64,000 nt of DNA, from NCBI RefSeq assembly GCF_964355755.1, contig NC_092679.1, positions 14,119,432-14,183,431 on the forward strand, written 5' to 3'. The first letter of the stretch is position 1, and each line of letters starts with the position of its first letter. This document shows positions 23,601 to 34,398 of this stretch, one piece after another. Both the position numbers and the translations under genes were made by a program. Source of the stretch: Antedon mediterranea. Lineage: Eukaryota > Animalia > Echinodermata. Below the pieces are notes generated by a model that made no database searches, was not told the DNA's origin, and saw only the letters and a list, made by a program, of their open reading frames with translations.

Positions 23601-26600
23601 AATGCGTTATATGAAATCTTTTATTTTGTACTTGAAAAATCATAAAACTAGTCAGGAAGCAACCATTTTTTAAAATTACGAAATAAATAGGCCCCTGGTC
23701 ACATTTAGCTGGTAGGCATCTATCTAGGCTAGTTCGCCGTGGCGCAGCTATAATCCATCGCTGTTTATAGTCTGTAGATGGATCGAGTATAGAGTCGCCG
23801 ATTACCTCACTCTGGGCATGCGCAATCGCGTGCCGGATTCCCCAACGCTGGGCAGTTGAGTTCCGGTGCCGGAATCCTAACCACGGCGTATTTATAAATG
23901 CTATTAATAAATATTATAATAATAATACTGTTATGCGCGATTTGAACGATTTGCGCAATTTGAAATTGCGCAAAAAAAATCCTTGCGCAATTTGAATTGA
24001 AACATGTGTTTCAAATTGCGCAAGCAACGTATTAAATTGCGCAAGTAATCTGCAAATTGCGCAAGGTTTTTCGACAGATTGTGAAATCATGCAAACCCAT
24101 ATTTTTATAGTAATTTCTAAGAATGATTCAAAATTTCCTTATTTTAGTAGTGCAAATATTGTTATAAGTTAGCATACCGTCGAAGAACCGACGAAGGAAA
24201 ACGAAGCGGTGGTGTTCCACCAGGCGGGCGCGGCGCGGGCGGCCGGCTATACTACTCTAGCCTAGCTAGGGTCTGGACTACTGATACTGACTAGGTTACA
24301 TGGCCTAGCTTAAACTAATATTAAAAACTTAAAAAGTGAGTATTAAACATTATCTTCATTGAAATGGTCTTATTTATATAATAAAATACTAAATTTTAAA
24401 CTCCTCTGCCTAGGCCTAGCCTAGCCATGTATGGGAAAATTTACAGTTCGTTTTCAAATTGCGCAAAGGTGTCATATTGCGCAAGAACTATCTTGCGCAA
24501 TTTACAAATTGTGCAGCGCAATTTAAAATTGCGCAAAGATTTTCTTGCGCAATTTGAAATTGCGCAAGTTGATTGCGCAATTTGAAATTGCGCAAAAAAA
24601 TCCTTGCGCAATTTTAAATTGCGCAAGAATTTTTTGCGCAATTTCAAATTGCGCAAGGATTTTTTTGCGCAATTTCAAATTGCGCAAATCGTTCAAATCG
24701 CGCATAACAATACTGTAGGCTAGGCCTAGCTAGTTTACTTTGTTGCAATAAATGGATTTGATTTGATTTTATATAAATATAAACTAGGCCTAGGCCTAGC
24801 CTTTAGTTAGTTACTATGTCGGTCGGTTGGTAAACACCAACTTGAGCACGCGACTGCAGCCATGTATATATATGGCCTTGTTTTTCAGAAATGTAATTTC
24901 AACAAAATTGTTCATATCGCACGTAAATATATTTAACTTATAAAGCCTGTAGAGTAGTAGGTATGCTTGGCTTAGTCTTTATAAATAATATGCTGTGCAT
25001 AGTGGTTTGGTTTTGGCATGGAACTCAACTTCACATCGGTTTCTGACCGACGCTAATGCTAAGGCGAAAACCTAAAAAAAACATCCCTCTTCTCTAGGCA
25101 ATGGTGGGTGAAAACAAAACCACTAGACCTCTAGCTCCAGTACCACAGCACAAACCAGTCGAAAAAATATGTGTTAAACTTTGTTCATGAGAATGTGCAT
25201 GCATGAGCAATTTTAAATTGACCAATCAATTGCGTTAATTCTGCCGGAATAATATACTTTATATAAATAATGTATTAATCTCTTGTTATACTTTGTAATT
25301 TCAGGATGGCTGGTTTGTTCGTGTGTCAAATGCATTTCATAGTGTTCCTTGTATGAGAACCTCTCTTCTGTATGGGATCGGTGGTGGTGTTGGCACTGGA
25401 ATTGCTTACTTCTTGTTCACAAGTAAATAATACGCCTTTGTTTACGAAACGGAAGACATCTTCTTCTTGTTTTGACACACAATTCTGTGCAGGGAAGTGT
25501 AACCTGCAGAAATAACATACAGTAGTGTGGCGAGTATATTTTCTGAGGAAAAGTTATTAAGGATTCGTAATTAAAAAGAAAGTAATTTAAAAATGGTTAA
25601 AATCCAACCGAGGGTTACACTCTGCACAGCATTGTTTGTCATCGATCGAAGATGTTTCGTGAAAAAGAAGTATAATGTTTTACAAAATTCATTGAATGAA
25701 TAGATAATTACTGCATTTATTTTTATTTAATGATGATCGCAGTGTATGTGTCCATTTTTAACATCTTAATTATTGTACATTCTATAATAACATTTATTTT
25801 CTTCTTACTGTTACAGGTCGAATAAAAAGAGCATGTGATTTTGGAATTCTTTCAATGTGTGTTGTCACATTGGGTACTTTGTAAGTTATACCAAAGAACT
25901 TATAACACAAGAATCTCCTGTTCGTCCGAAGCGTGTAACCATTTCGAAAGGCATTGTGGGATAGAATAGAGCTATGGGTGGCGCCATTGTGAGCCATGGA
26001 GTAGGGCGCCCGCATCAAATTAGAAAGTCAAAATCATAGAGGGGATCTGCTAATGCTCTAGGGGGAATAGAGTTATTGACTGAGGAGTAGGGCGCCTGCA
26101 TCAAATTAGAAAGTCAAAATCATAGAGGGGATCTGCTAATACTCTAGGGGGGGTAGAGTAATTGACTTCCTAGTTTGGAGGGGGCGCTGCTCCATGCTGT
26201 GAAATGGCGTCGCCCAGTTTGACCTTTTAACCCTGTACTTCCGATACTGTGTTTTGAATGCAAATTGAAGAACAGGAGATTCTTGTGTTATAAGTTCTTT
26301 GGTTATACTTTTACATGAGAAATGGCACTCTACACAACTAGATAGTGGGGCATTCAATTCATCATCTTATCCATTCCAAATTTCACTCCTGTCACTGTCA
26401 GACGTGTAATACTATAACATTTCCATTAAATGGTAATTTGATCCTACATCTTTTGCTTACTTGGGTTTTTTTCCAAGTTGCATAGTATAGTAAGCTTTTT
26501 AAATTACATTTTATTATTCTTTTCAGTGGCAAATGTAGATATTCTAGAGCACAGAAAAAGTTAGCAACCAGACAACTGCAAAGAGTTGATGCTGGGCCTC

Positions 26601-26614
26601 TTGATGAAGTCTGA
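17640..26614 (+). CDS. COX20: Cytochrome c oxidase assembly factor COX20 (~96 aa)
   Basis: Exons 17640-17660 (MVNSNQE, GTAAGT donor; least certain), 25305-25422, 25817-25880 and 26527-26614. Sequence VPCMRTSLLYGIGGG..YFLFTSRIKRACDFG..VTLGTFGKCRY matches the COX20/FAM36A pattern. Confidence 0.9.
17918..19659. mobile_element. Ginger-like (TGT..ACA) non-autonomous element
   Basis: ~33-bp TIR TGTGACCTGCTCTGGCAAAGTGAAACATAA; TATA on both flanks. Confidence 0.75.
19705..23353. mobile_element. Academ-like non-autonomous element
   Basis: TAG...CTA termini, imperfect ~45-bp TIR TAGACCAGTCG...AGGTGTCACTTTT(C)TGCAGAATTT, 3-bp TSD TTG. Confidence 0.75.
23929..24709. mobile_element. Ginger-like MITE with TTGCGCAA arrays, copy A
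   Basis: TIR TGTTATGCGCGATTTGAACGATTTGCGCAATTT; 4-bp TSD ATAC; reverse complement of 35778-36575. Confidence 0.9.
25892..26301. mobile_element. P-element-type MITE
   Basis: 32-bp TIR CAAAGAACTTATAACACAAGAATCTCCTGTTC; 7-bp TSD GTTATAC (25885-25891, 26302-26308); internal ~85-bp tandem duplication. Confidence 0.8.
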
Positions 26615-26873
26615 TGAACTCACAGTGCTACATTGTTATAGAAAAACATACTTTAACAAAGAAGCTATGGCCTAGAACATGTCATCTAAATGAAGTTAAA
26701 AGATGAACTGCCGTTAATTCAGGATGAAAGTGCGAGAGTGTCAATTATGGGAATGGCATTGCAGGTCATCTGACATTGCTCCTGTATTTTCATTCAATAC
26801 GTTTTAAAAATATACTACTTACACTATTCTATACTACTCCCCAACATACATAGTGCATGCGAGTGATTACTAA

Positions 26874-26988
26874 AGCTCGGTTCTCACTTGGATGCAATGC
26901 AAGTAAAGTTGACCAATCACAAGCAACAGTTCAAATTAATGGTGTCATGATTGGTCAAATTACTTGTGGTGCAAGTGGGAACCAAGCT
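26874..26988. mobile_element. Short Harbinger-type MITE in the COX20 3' region
   Basis: TIR AGCTCGGTTCTCACTTG / CAAGTGGGAACCAAGCT, TAA TSD. Confidence 0.7.
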
Positions 26989-28531
26989 TAAGTTACTTAC
27001 TGTGTGATGTTAAAATCAAATATTTTGTGAGGTTTTTGTAATGCAACACTGTACAATAGTGAAAATAAAGAAAGACTAGATTTAAAGTGTAAAATCTCTT
27101 TAATATTTATTATATAAGTTTATTACATATTGTTCTTAAGATACTTTATTAATATTCATTGCAGCCTGTATGTAGCATAGACTTTAGGTCAGACTAAAGT
27201 ATCATAAGGAGTATCTAATATTTGGCAGATTTAATAATTTCTGCTTTTTTTTGACGAATACCAATTGAAATAAGAACATTTAAGAAGGAAGATTGAGCCA
27301 GCGTAGTGTACAAGATTATACCAGACTACAGTCATACATAATTGACTGGTGAACAGAAAGTAATTGAGCAAAGTTTACTGTTCAAAAAAACAAAAAATCT
27401 TAAATGAGGGTAAGAGCAATCAGTCACACAAGGGAACAGAACTGGATATATTGACAGATGAAAGATCAAGTGCTTACTCGCTTCTCTACACCATCTGTTG
27501 GCAAGCATGGCAAGTGTTCATCAATTAACAAGTACCTTCAGTGTGATGACACAATTCCTAGTGAAGATGGTGAAACCATTTCTGTCACTGACAGTCCAAA
27601 AGAGCAATGTTCTAAGTACCTGGTAGGCATATTAAAGACATTTTTAATAACCCTGATTTTCCATCTGGTCCACTTGTGCTTAATCCCCACCCTGTGGTTG
27701 AAAAAAGATCATGATACTGGAAAGAAAAGCGCTTCAAAAGTAAGCACCACTCCATAATATTGATCGATGGAGCTTGTTTGTATGGACTTCTTATCATGAG
27801 AGCCTGAAAATCTTATAAAGATCATTTTACCTGATACACACAAGCTTATCCCACTATAGACTAAACTGCAGGCAGAGTATACAAAAATCTGTTGGAGCAG
27901 TATTACTGCTCCAAAAGATTTTGGATGTAATGTTTAATTAAATTAAACATTACAGTACAGTCTCTCCCAGGATCACTCTGACCAAGGCCCTCAATTTAAG
28001 AATAAATCAATCACAAAACTGCTAGCTATTCAAATGTCTACCACAGATTGTACCACGCTGAAGGCAATCACCAGTCAGAACAATTCATAGTTAGAGAGGG
28101 GGGAAGGTGTAACCAAATAATGGTGAGGACAAGAAATGTATAAACAAACACAAGATATTATTATGGGCTCATACCATAGCAGGCAAATTGCTAACTTAAC
28201 ATTACTATTTTAAATCCTACTAATTATTCATTGACGACGTGCACTGATTATTAACTGTACATTGTTGAGTAGGTGTTTGATAAACAAAATAAAAGTCCCT
28301 CTTACAATAAAATAAACAGTTTTGTTACTTTAAGAGGACCCAGAAACCAAATTATATTCTCAATTAATAGCATATCCTATACTATTTCACAGATTTAAAT
28401 AACTTCCAACTGAATAAACTCCGGAATAATACAAAGTTATTTGTAATTCAAGTTCTATCATCATTTCAAACAAGGAGTATTACAGATATACACTAGAGGT
28501 TGTTGAAAACATGCTGTCTGTTGAGTAAATG

Positions 28532-31500
28532 TTACCTATGAGCATCTGAATCATCTCCTGGGCAGTTGGTTGATAAGTCTTCTCTATCTATAAATCAAGA
28601 ACAGGTTACATATACATTACCCAAAGCCAGCATTGCTACTAAACGTTTTATTTGTTTATTTTTATCTTTTAAATGATCAAAATGGAAGTTTCTTAAAGCT
28701 ATCAAACTAGTTTGACCAAAAAGTATGATGTGCCCAAATATGGTAGTGATATGACGTCATCGTGCCCGTATATGGGCACATCACATTTTTTTGTCACATA
28801 AAGTTTGATAGTGTAGACAGCTTTAAAGATGTGTTCTTCATTTTTTTTCCTGTTTTTTTTTTACAGAAGTGATGAACTTTATGAAAACTACAAAATTAGC
28901 TATTCAATTTTGGGGATAATACATATTGAATGTTTACACTGTTAATATCATTGTGCACATGTGTAAATGGCACAACTTGACTTAATCAATGTTAAGTTTG
29001 GAACTATTATTCTCAAGGCATTATGTTGCAATTTACACCTGGTGCAACATAGAAACATTTTTAGACAATGGCCATTCATATTTGCAGTATGCTATTTTAA
29101 ACGATAAACAAAATGATCAAATCTGACTTTTAGAATCACTGTATAACCGAATATGCACTTTTACTGCTTGGATTAGGCTGGCAAAGACATATACAGTATA
29201 TAATATAGATATATCAGATATTTTTTGTTTACATAGAGTAGTAAACTTACCATTAAATGATGTTCCACACCATATACAGTAAAAGTGTTTTGTTCTTAAA
29301 TATCTGGTAATGTCATCTAATCGTTCTTGAATCTAAACAAAAATTAATCAAGTGAGTAAGTAATAGCCAATGATGTCGGACTGCAATGCATGTTAAATTC
29401 CAAGTTATATGTACTGTGTGCCTGAATTTTAGTCACAATTCTTTATTGGAAAACATGTCATAATTTTTGTCATCAAGTAACTCAACCAAACCAGCTTCCA
29501 TTTATTGAAATATCTATAGAATGTCTTTTACTCCTTCATGTTTTTATGGAAATACTAGGAAAAGATAGGAACAACTGGCATCAATTGGGAGAGACCTATG
29601 CCCAGCAGTTGGACGATATGAGCTGAAGAAGATTGTTCGACATTTAACAAATGTAATTTGATTGTAATCTTGTTAATTAATGAACTAGTATGTTGAGGCT
29701 AAACATTACTGTCTCTTCATGAAAACACAAAATTTATTTCATGTGCGTAGTGTTTGTAGACACAAAAGTGTCACTTTGTGGCATAGCCAACGATTAACTA
29801 CTATAATACAAAGTAATAATCATCTAAACCAAAATACCAACCGGTATATCATCTCCAACATCTTTTTGTGCTTCTTCTTCTTCACTGCCTTCATCTTCTC
29901 CATCAACATCATCATCGTCTTCATCCTCGTCTGTTTTTGGCCTCAAGTGTTTGGGCCAGTACCATAGAACAACAGGTTCTTCAACATCCTAAACAAAAAT
30001 AAAACTGTTATTCTGCAATACCTAGCCAGCCTAGGCTAGCTGTAGTAAACACACTGAGCCATAAGGTCACACTGCGTGCCACCAATTCTTATTGCCATTT
30101 CACAACACTCTCAACAAACTATGAATTACTATAGAGGTTTCTGTACAGAAACATGTTATAATGCAAAACATACGGTACAGTGAGGTATTAAAACTTAAGT
30201 CATAATATCTTAATTTCTACAACCCAAATAAACATTAACAATCAAAATATTCTTTTTCTTTGGCTCAGACACCGACAAATTCAGGTACTGTATATATGCT
30301 ATTATTTTCACGGTGGTTTAATTTTTGAGATTGGGAACCTTTATATTGACAATTACGTAGAAAACTAGCCACCGATTCAAAAGGGAAAACCCAGAAGCAA
30401 ATTTACACGCACTTATAACATCCACATCGTTATCATGAACACAAAGCTTCCGTCGTGTGTCAGTTTCACAGTGGAAGGTTTGTGATACAAAACAACTTTA
30501 AAAGATATAGAAACATTAATTTACTAGTACAGTAGGCCTACTTCCGTAAATGCGGGTGAAAGCCTACATAGACCTTCTCCTAATTAGGCTTAGTCTAGGT
30601 CGGTACGGTGGATGTTGAAACTACTGACACTGTATACGGCACCTTGACTAGACCTAGGCTGTCTATTTGACGAAAAAGTTCAAGGTATGTTAGGCTTAGG
30701 CTAGAATATACAGTAACTTTTAACTAAAATGGCATCCGTAAAAATATAAACACGCAAAAACGTTCCAGCTGGTGATTTTTTTTTTTTTACCATATTTAAT
30801 GAGAGTGATCCATCCAGCACTTGCTGATCATTTGGGACCCTCAGGTAAGGCAATGAGAGTAAAGCATCTTGCCTAATGATGCAATTAGTATGGTAGAGAT
30901 AACCTTGAATCCTTGCCTATCACATGCTAGTCTGATATTATCATTACACCATCACTTTCCGGTATACTGTATACAGCATCCGCCGCTATTTCTAAACGGT
31001 GTCCCAACCCGAATGCAACCGGGCCTAACGTTGCTTAACTTTGGTAATCTGACGAGAACCGGTGTTTCAACGCAGTATGGCCGTATAAAACATATATATA
31101 TATATATAATAGACCCAGAGACTGAAATCCCGTCAGTTTCACTTACATGTGTGCGATCCAGTTGCTCACAGACATTCTGGCTCTTATAGAAGTCCTTTTC
31201 TACTTCTTTGTTCACCCGTTTTTCTCGTACACGCTGAAGGAATTCACCTTTACTTCTTTCTTGGTTTTGCATTCTATTCTTTCGCATCTGTTCTCGAAAT
31301 AACTCAACATCTTGTTTTTGTTTCTTCATTTGTGTTTCTCTGCCTAGTCCTCCTCTACCTATAAAATTAATAAATAAAAATTATTTTATCTTGCCTGTGT
31401 ATTTAAATGTGTAGTGTAAATTAAATGTAGGGTTTAAAACATCTGATAATATTTGATTTATTTCAAAATTGTACAAGTACAAATACAGATAAAAATGAAC

Positions 31501-33143
31501 ACAAAATGCAATAATTTTGTATGGTACCAAGGATAGTCCTCTAAATCACCAAAAGAGGATTTACATCCTGAGAGGTACCCATAGACCTATTTCGTTTAGA
31601 TTTCTTTATTTAGCAATAAATAGATAAAATAGATGTAACTACACTGGTGTTTAAATTGTAGTAAAATAACTGTAAAGTTTACCTGTTTTAATTTCAATTG
31701 GCACAGGTTCTTTTCTTCCAGTGCCTATACAAAAAATAAAAGCAAATCATTTTTAGATAAAGCACAGACATTAAATAGATATGGCCTCATACTTGTCATT
31801 TGTTTTCTTGGTCACCTCTTATGTAATACAATATTTTTTCACTACTGTGGATGAATTATGAAAAATAATTGCCACCTCTAACGGCATTATAGGAAAACAC
31901 AGCAGTTGCAATTTATATATCTTTTTACATGGAATAGAATGTTGGGAGGACTACACAATCTTACAATTTGTCTTTGTATGTCTTAATCAAAAGATTTAGT
32001 CAGTAATCAAAGTATAGTACATTTTATTTGTCCATTTATATTTTTGCGAAACTGGCAAAAACATGAAAATGCCAACAACAATACAAATTAGTACAAAAAA
32101 GATATGAAAATACTAAAAACATATAAACAATTTATTACCTGATTTTCCTAGCCCCATTCCCTTTGAATATCCCATCTTTTGCAGCATAGCAAAGCCTTTA
32201 TTTTCACTGCTAATTTCATTCTTTAAACCTTCCTCAAGTTGTTCCCTTTGCTGTATTTTCAAGGGTTTTTGAATCTTTTTTGATGATTTGTTTGCCTCAA
32301 TGTGTCTACTTTGTGTCTTGTTCTGCTTGGCTACTTTACCCCATGCTAAACCAGGATTTACTGATTCACTAGTAATCAAAACACAAAACAGCTTAGCAAA
32401 AAAATCATCTTAACTATCAATGATTTCACTTAAATAAGTTTTCAAAATAAATACAGTATATCCTCTGGTATAATCCCACCCACCTAGAACACGAAACTTG
32501 GGCCAATGGGGGTGGGACTATACTCAGGGAAACCATGGTTCAGGAAAAAACTCTGAACTGGCTAGAGAACTACATCCAGATGATCCCAACATTTCCACAT
32601 GCGCACAATGAAATACTGTAACACGACGGTCATCGGAAATCGTAAGCTCTTTATTGTCTATTTTGATTAATCATTTTTGATGAGAAAGTGGTTACATATA
32701 AATAATGATGTACAAACTTATTTAAATTATTGCAACATGTACACAGATATAAACAACACATACAACAAAAAAGGGGGATGGAAGTTTTTTTATCTTTGTA
32801 GTTTTACTGGGGGTTACCCCGGTGAACTCGTTCACAAAATAGCCCCTGTATCAGGGGGATGACAACCTCTGATAGGACAGTGATTAATTTACTAAAGACA
32901 TAAATAACTACACTATTTAAACGATTGTAACATGTGTTTAATATTTTTGGATGATGTTACCGAAATACAGATTGAGGAAAATGTTAATAAGACAACTGTA
33001 TTTAAGTTTTTCAAGTGTGTCTTAACTATGCCAATAAAAATGAATTTCCATTTTAAGTGGATCAATAACATTTCGTTTTTTATTGCATAATACCTTTGTA
33101 CCAAAAAGTTGTCAGACATGTAATCTTCCTCCTCATCTGTCAT
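28532..33143 (-). CDS. GPATCH11: G-patch domain-containing protein 11 (272 aa)
   Basis: Exons 33094-33143, 32139-32368, 31683-31724, 31147-31358, 29842-29988, 29251-29332 and 28532-28587 in frame. Motifs EEEDYMSD, G-patch NKGFAMLQKMGY..GMGLGK..GR.EPVP..IKTGRGGLG, CEQLD, YLR..HFYCIWCG, CPG....H. Confidence 0.96.
28695..28825. mobile_element. Small palindromic MITE
   Basis: Imperfect inverted repeat CTATCAAACT..TGATGTGCCCA / TGGGCACATCA..AGTTTGATAG. Confidence 0.55.
30969..31088 (-). pseudogene. 5S rRNA-derived sequence (pseudogene or SINE3 head)
   Basis: Minus strand TACGGCCATACTGCGTTGAAACACCGGTTCTCGTCAGATTACCAAAGTTAAGCAACGTTAGGCCCGGTT...ATGCTGTA; ~120 nt; 5' half close to metazoan 5S, box C region diverged. 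Confidence 0.85.
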
Positions 33144-33559
33144 TATTGTTTTTGCAGTGAATGAAGACAGCAAATCCTATTCTGAAAACTGAATTTAAAT
33201 AATAAATGATTATACAGTAATATTGTTGACATACAGTGCATTATTAATAATAATAATAGCCTAGCTAGTCCTACTACTAGCTACAGGGCCAGCCCTTACT
33301 CGCCAACCTAGTTAGGCATAGGCTATGCCTAGGCATAAATAGTAGGCCTACTAGGCCCTAGCTAGGCCTGGCCCTAGCCTAGCCCTAGGCCTATATCTAG
33401 GCTAGAGTCTTAGAGAGAGGGCTGGTGGTGGTGCAAGCAAGCTAGGCTAGCATGCCATTTTGATGAATCGAAAATACTAAACTGTTTGTTTGCTTGGTTC
33501 TGTATTACATTATCATAATTTAAATTAAAGTAAAGCTAGGCTACTCACTCACACTTACG

Positions 33560-33810
33560 CCGTACAATAGATACACTGTGTGTACAGTATTATATCAAAG
33601 ACCTAGGCTAGGATAGGCGCGGCCTATACTACTAGCCTCCTTCACAATATCAATATATTATTATCAAAGATATTATTTTTGGAAATAAATTCCATTGATT
33701 GATGGCGCTTTGATTACATGGCGCCCTCTATTTTTTACGTCACAACAAACGTACGGAAGGGGATTGGATGAAAGTTTTTCTCTGGTTTTTATAACAACTT
33801 TGTTGTAAGT
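33560..33810. promoter_or_regulatory. Likely bidirectional promoter GPATCH11/MAJIN with non-coding first exons
   Basis: Divergent GTAAGT donors (minus ~33557, plus ~33805); two YY1-like ATGGCG motifs at about 33702 and 33718. Confidence 0.5.
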
Positions 33811-34398
33811 TCTTTTGCTGTTTACTAAAGTCCTATAATCTAATTAAACTGCATACTGTTAATAATAATATTCAAAGATCATTCTATTTGTCGTTTCATT
33901 CTTTGGAATATGTATTATTGATACATGATCCTACCTTTTGCCTACTAGGCTAGGCTAGGCCTAGTCTAGCCCTAGAGGCTAGACATACATAGGCCTAGCT
34001 AGGCTAGGCCTAGCCTGGCTAGGCCTAGCTAGGCCTACTACTACGCCTATTATTAGTAGGCTAGATTGAGTAGAAGTAGGCCTAGGCTAGAGGCCTAACT
34101 AGGCCTAGTAAGTAGGGCCTAGGCCTAGTAGTAATAGTACCAGCCAGGCCCAGACCGTGTCTAGCCACCACGCACGAAACAGGTGTAGGCCTACCTACTA
34201 GGTAGGTAGTAAAATACCAGCAGTACCCAGTAGGTAGTAGTAGTAATAGAATGTGTATAATAAAGTCTAGTAGAAATACAGGTAAAATATATCCCAGCTA
34301 TGTCATCTGACTGTGTTTATAACAGACATTAATTGGTTTACTTTAAAAAAAATGATTCTTATTATATTAATTATTATAAAAAAATTTTCAGGACCAAC

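Larger units (their letters stand above)
17749..23888. mobile_element. MULE/Mutator-like non-autonomous element inflated by nested insertions
   Basis: ~80-bp TIR CGCCGTGGTTAGGATTCCGGCACC...GCGCATGCCCAGAG; 9-bp TSD TATTTATAA (17740-17748, 23889-23897). Confidence 0.85.

Noticed and set aside
24441-24705. LRNLKLRK-repeat ORFs (also 35724-36123) and a CRISPR-like look
   Set aside because: Artefacts of the TTGCGCAA palindromic array; there are no unique spacers or cas genes, and the context is eukaryotic.
27458-27797. 99-aa and 61-aa ORFs between COX20 and GPATCH11
   Set aside because: No recognisable motif or linking splice structure; likely UTR or intergenic.
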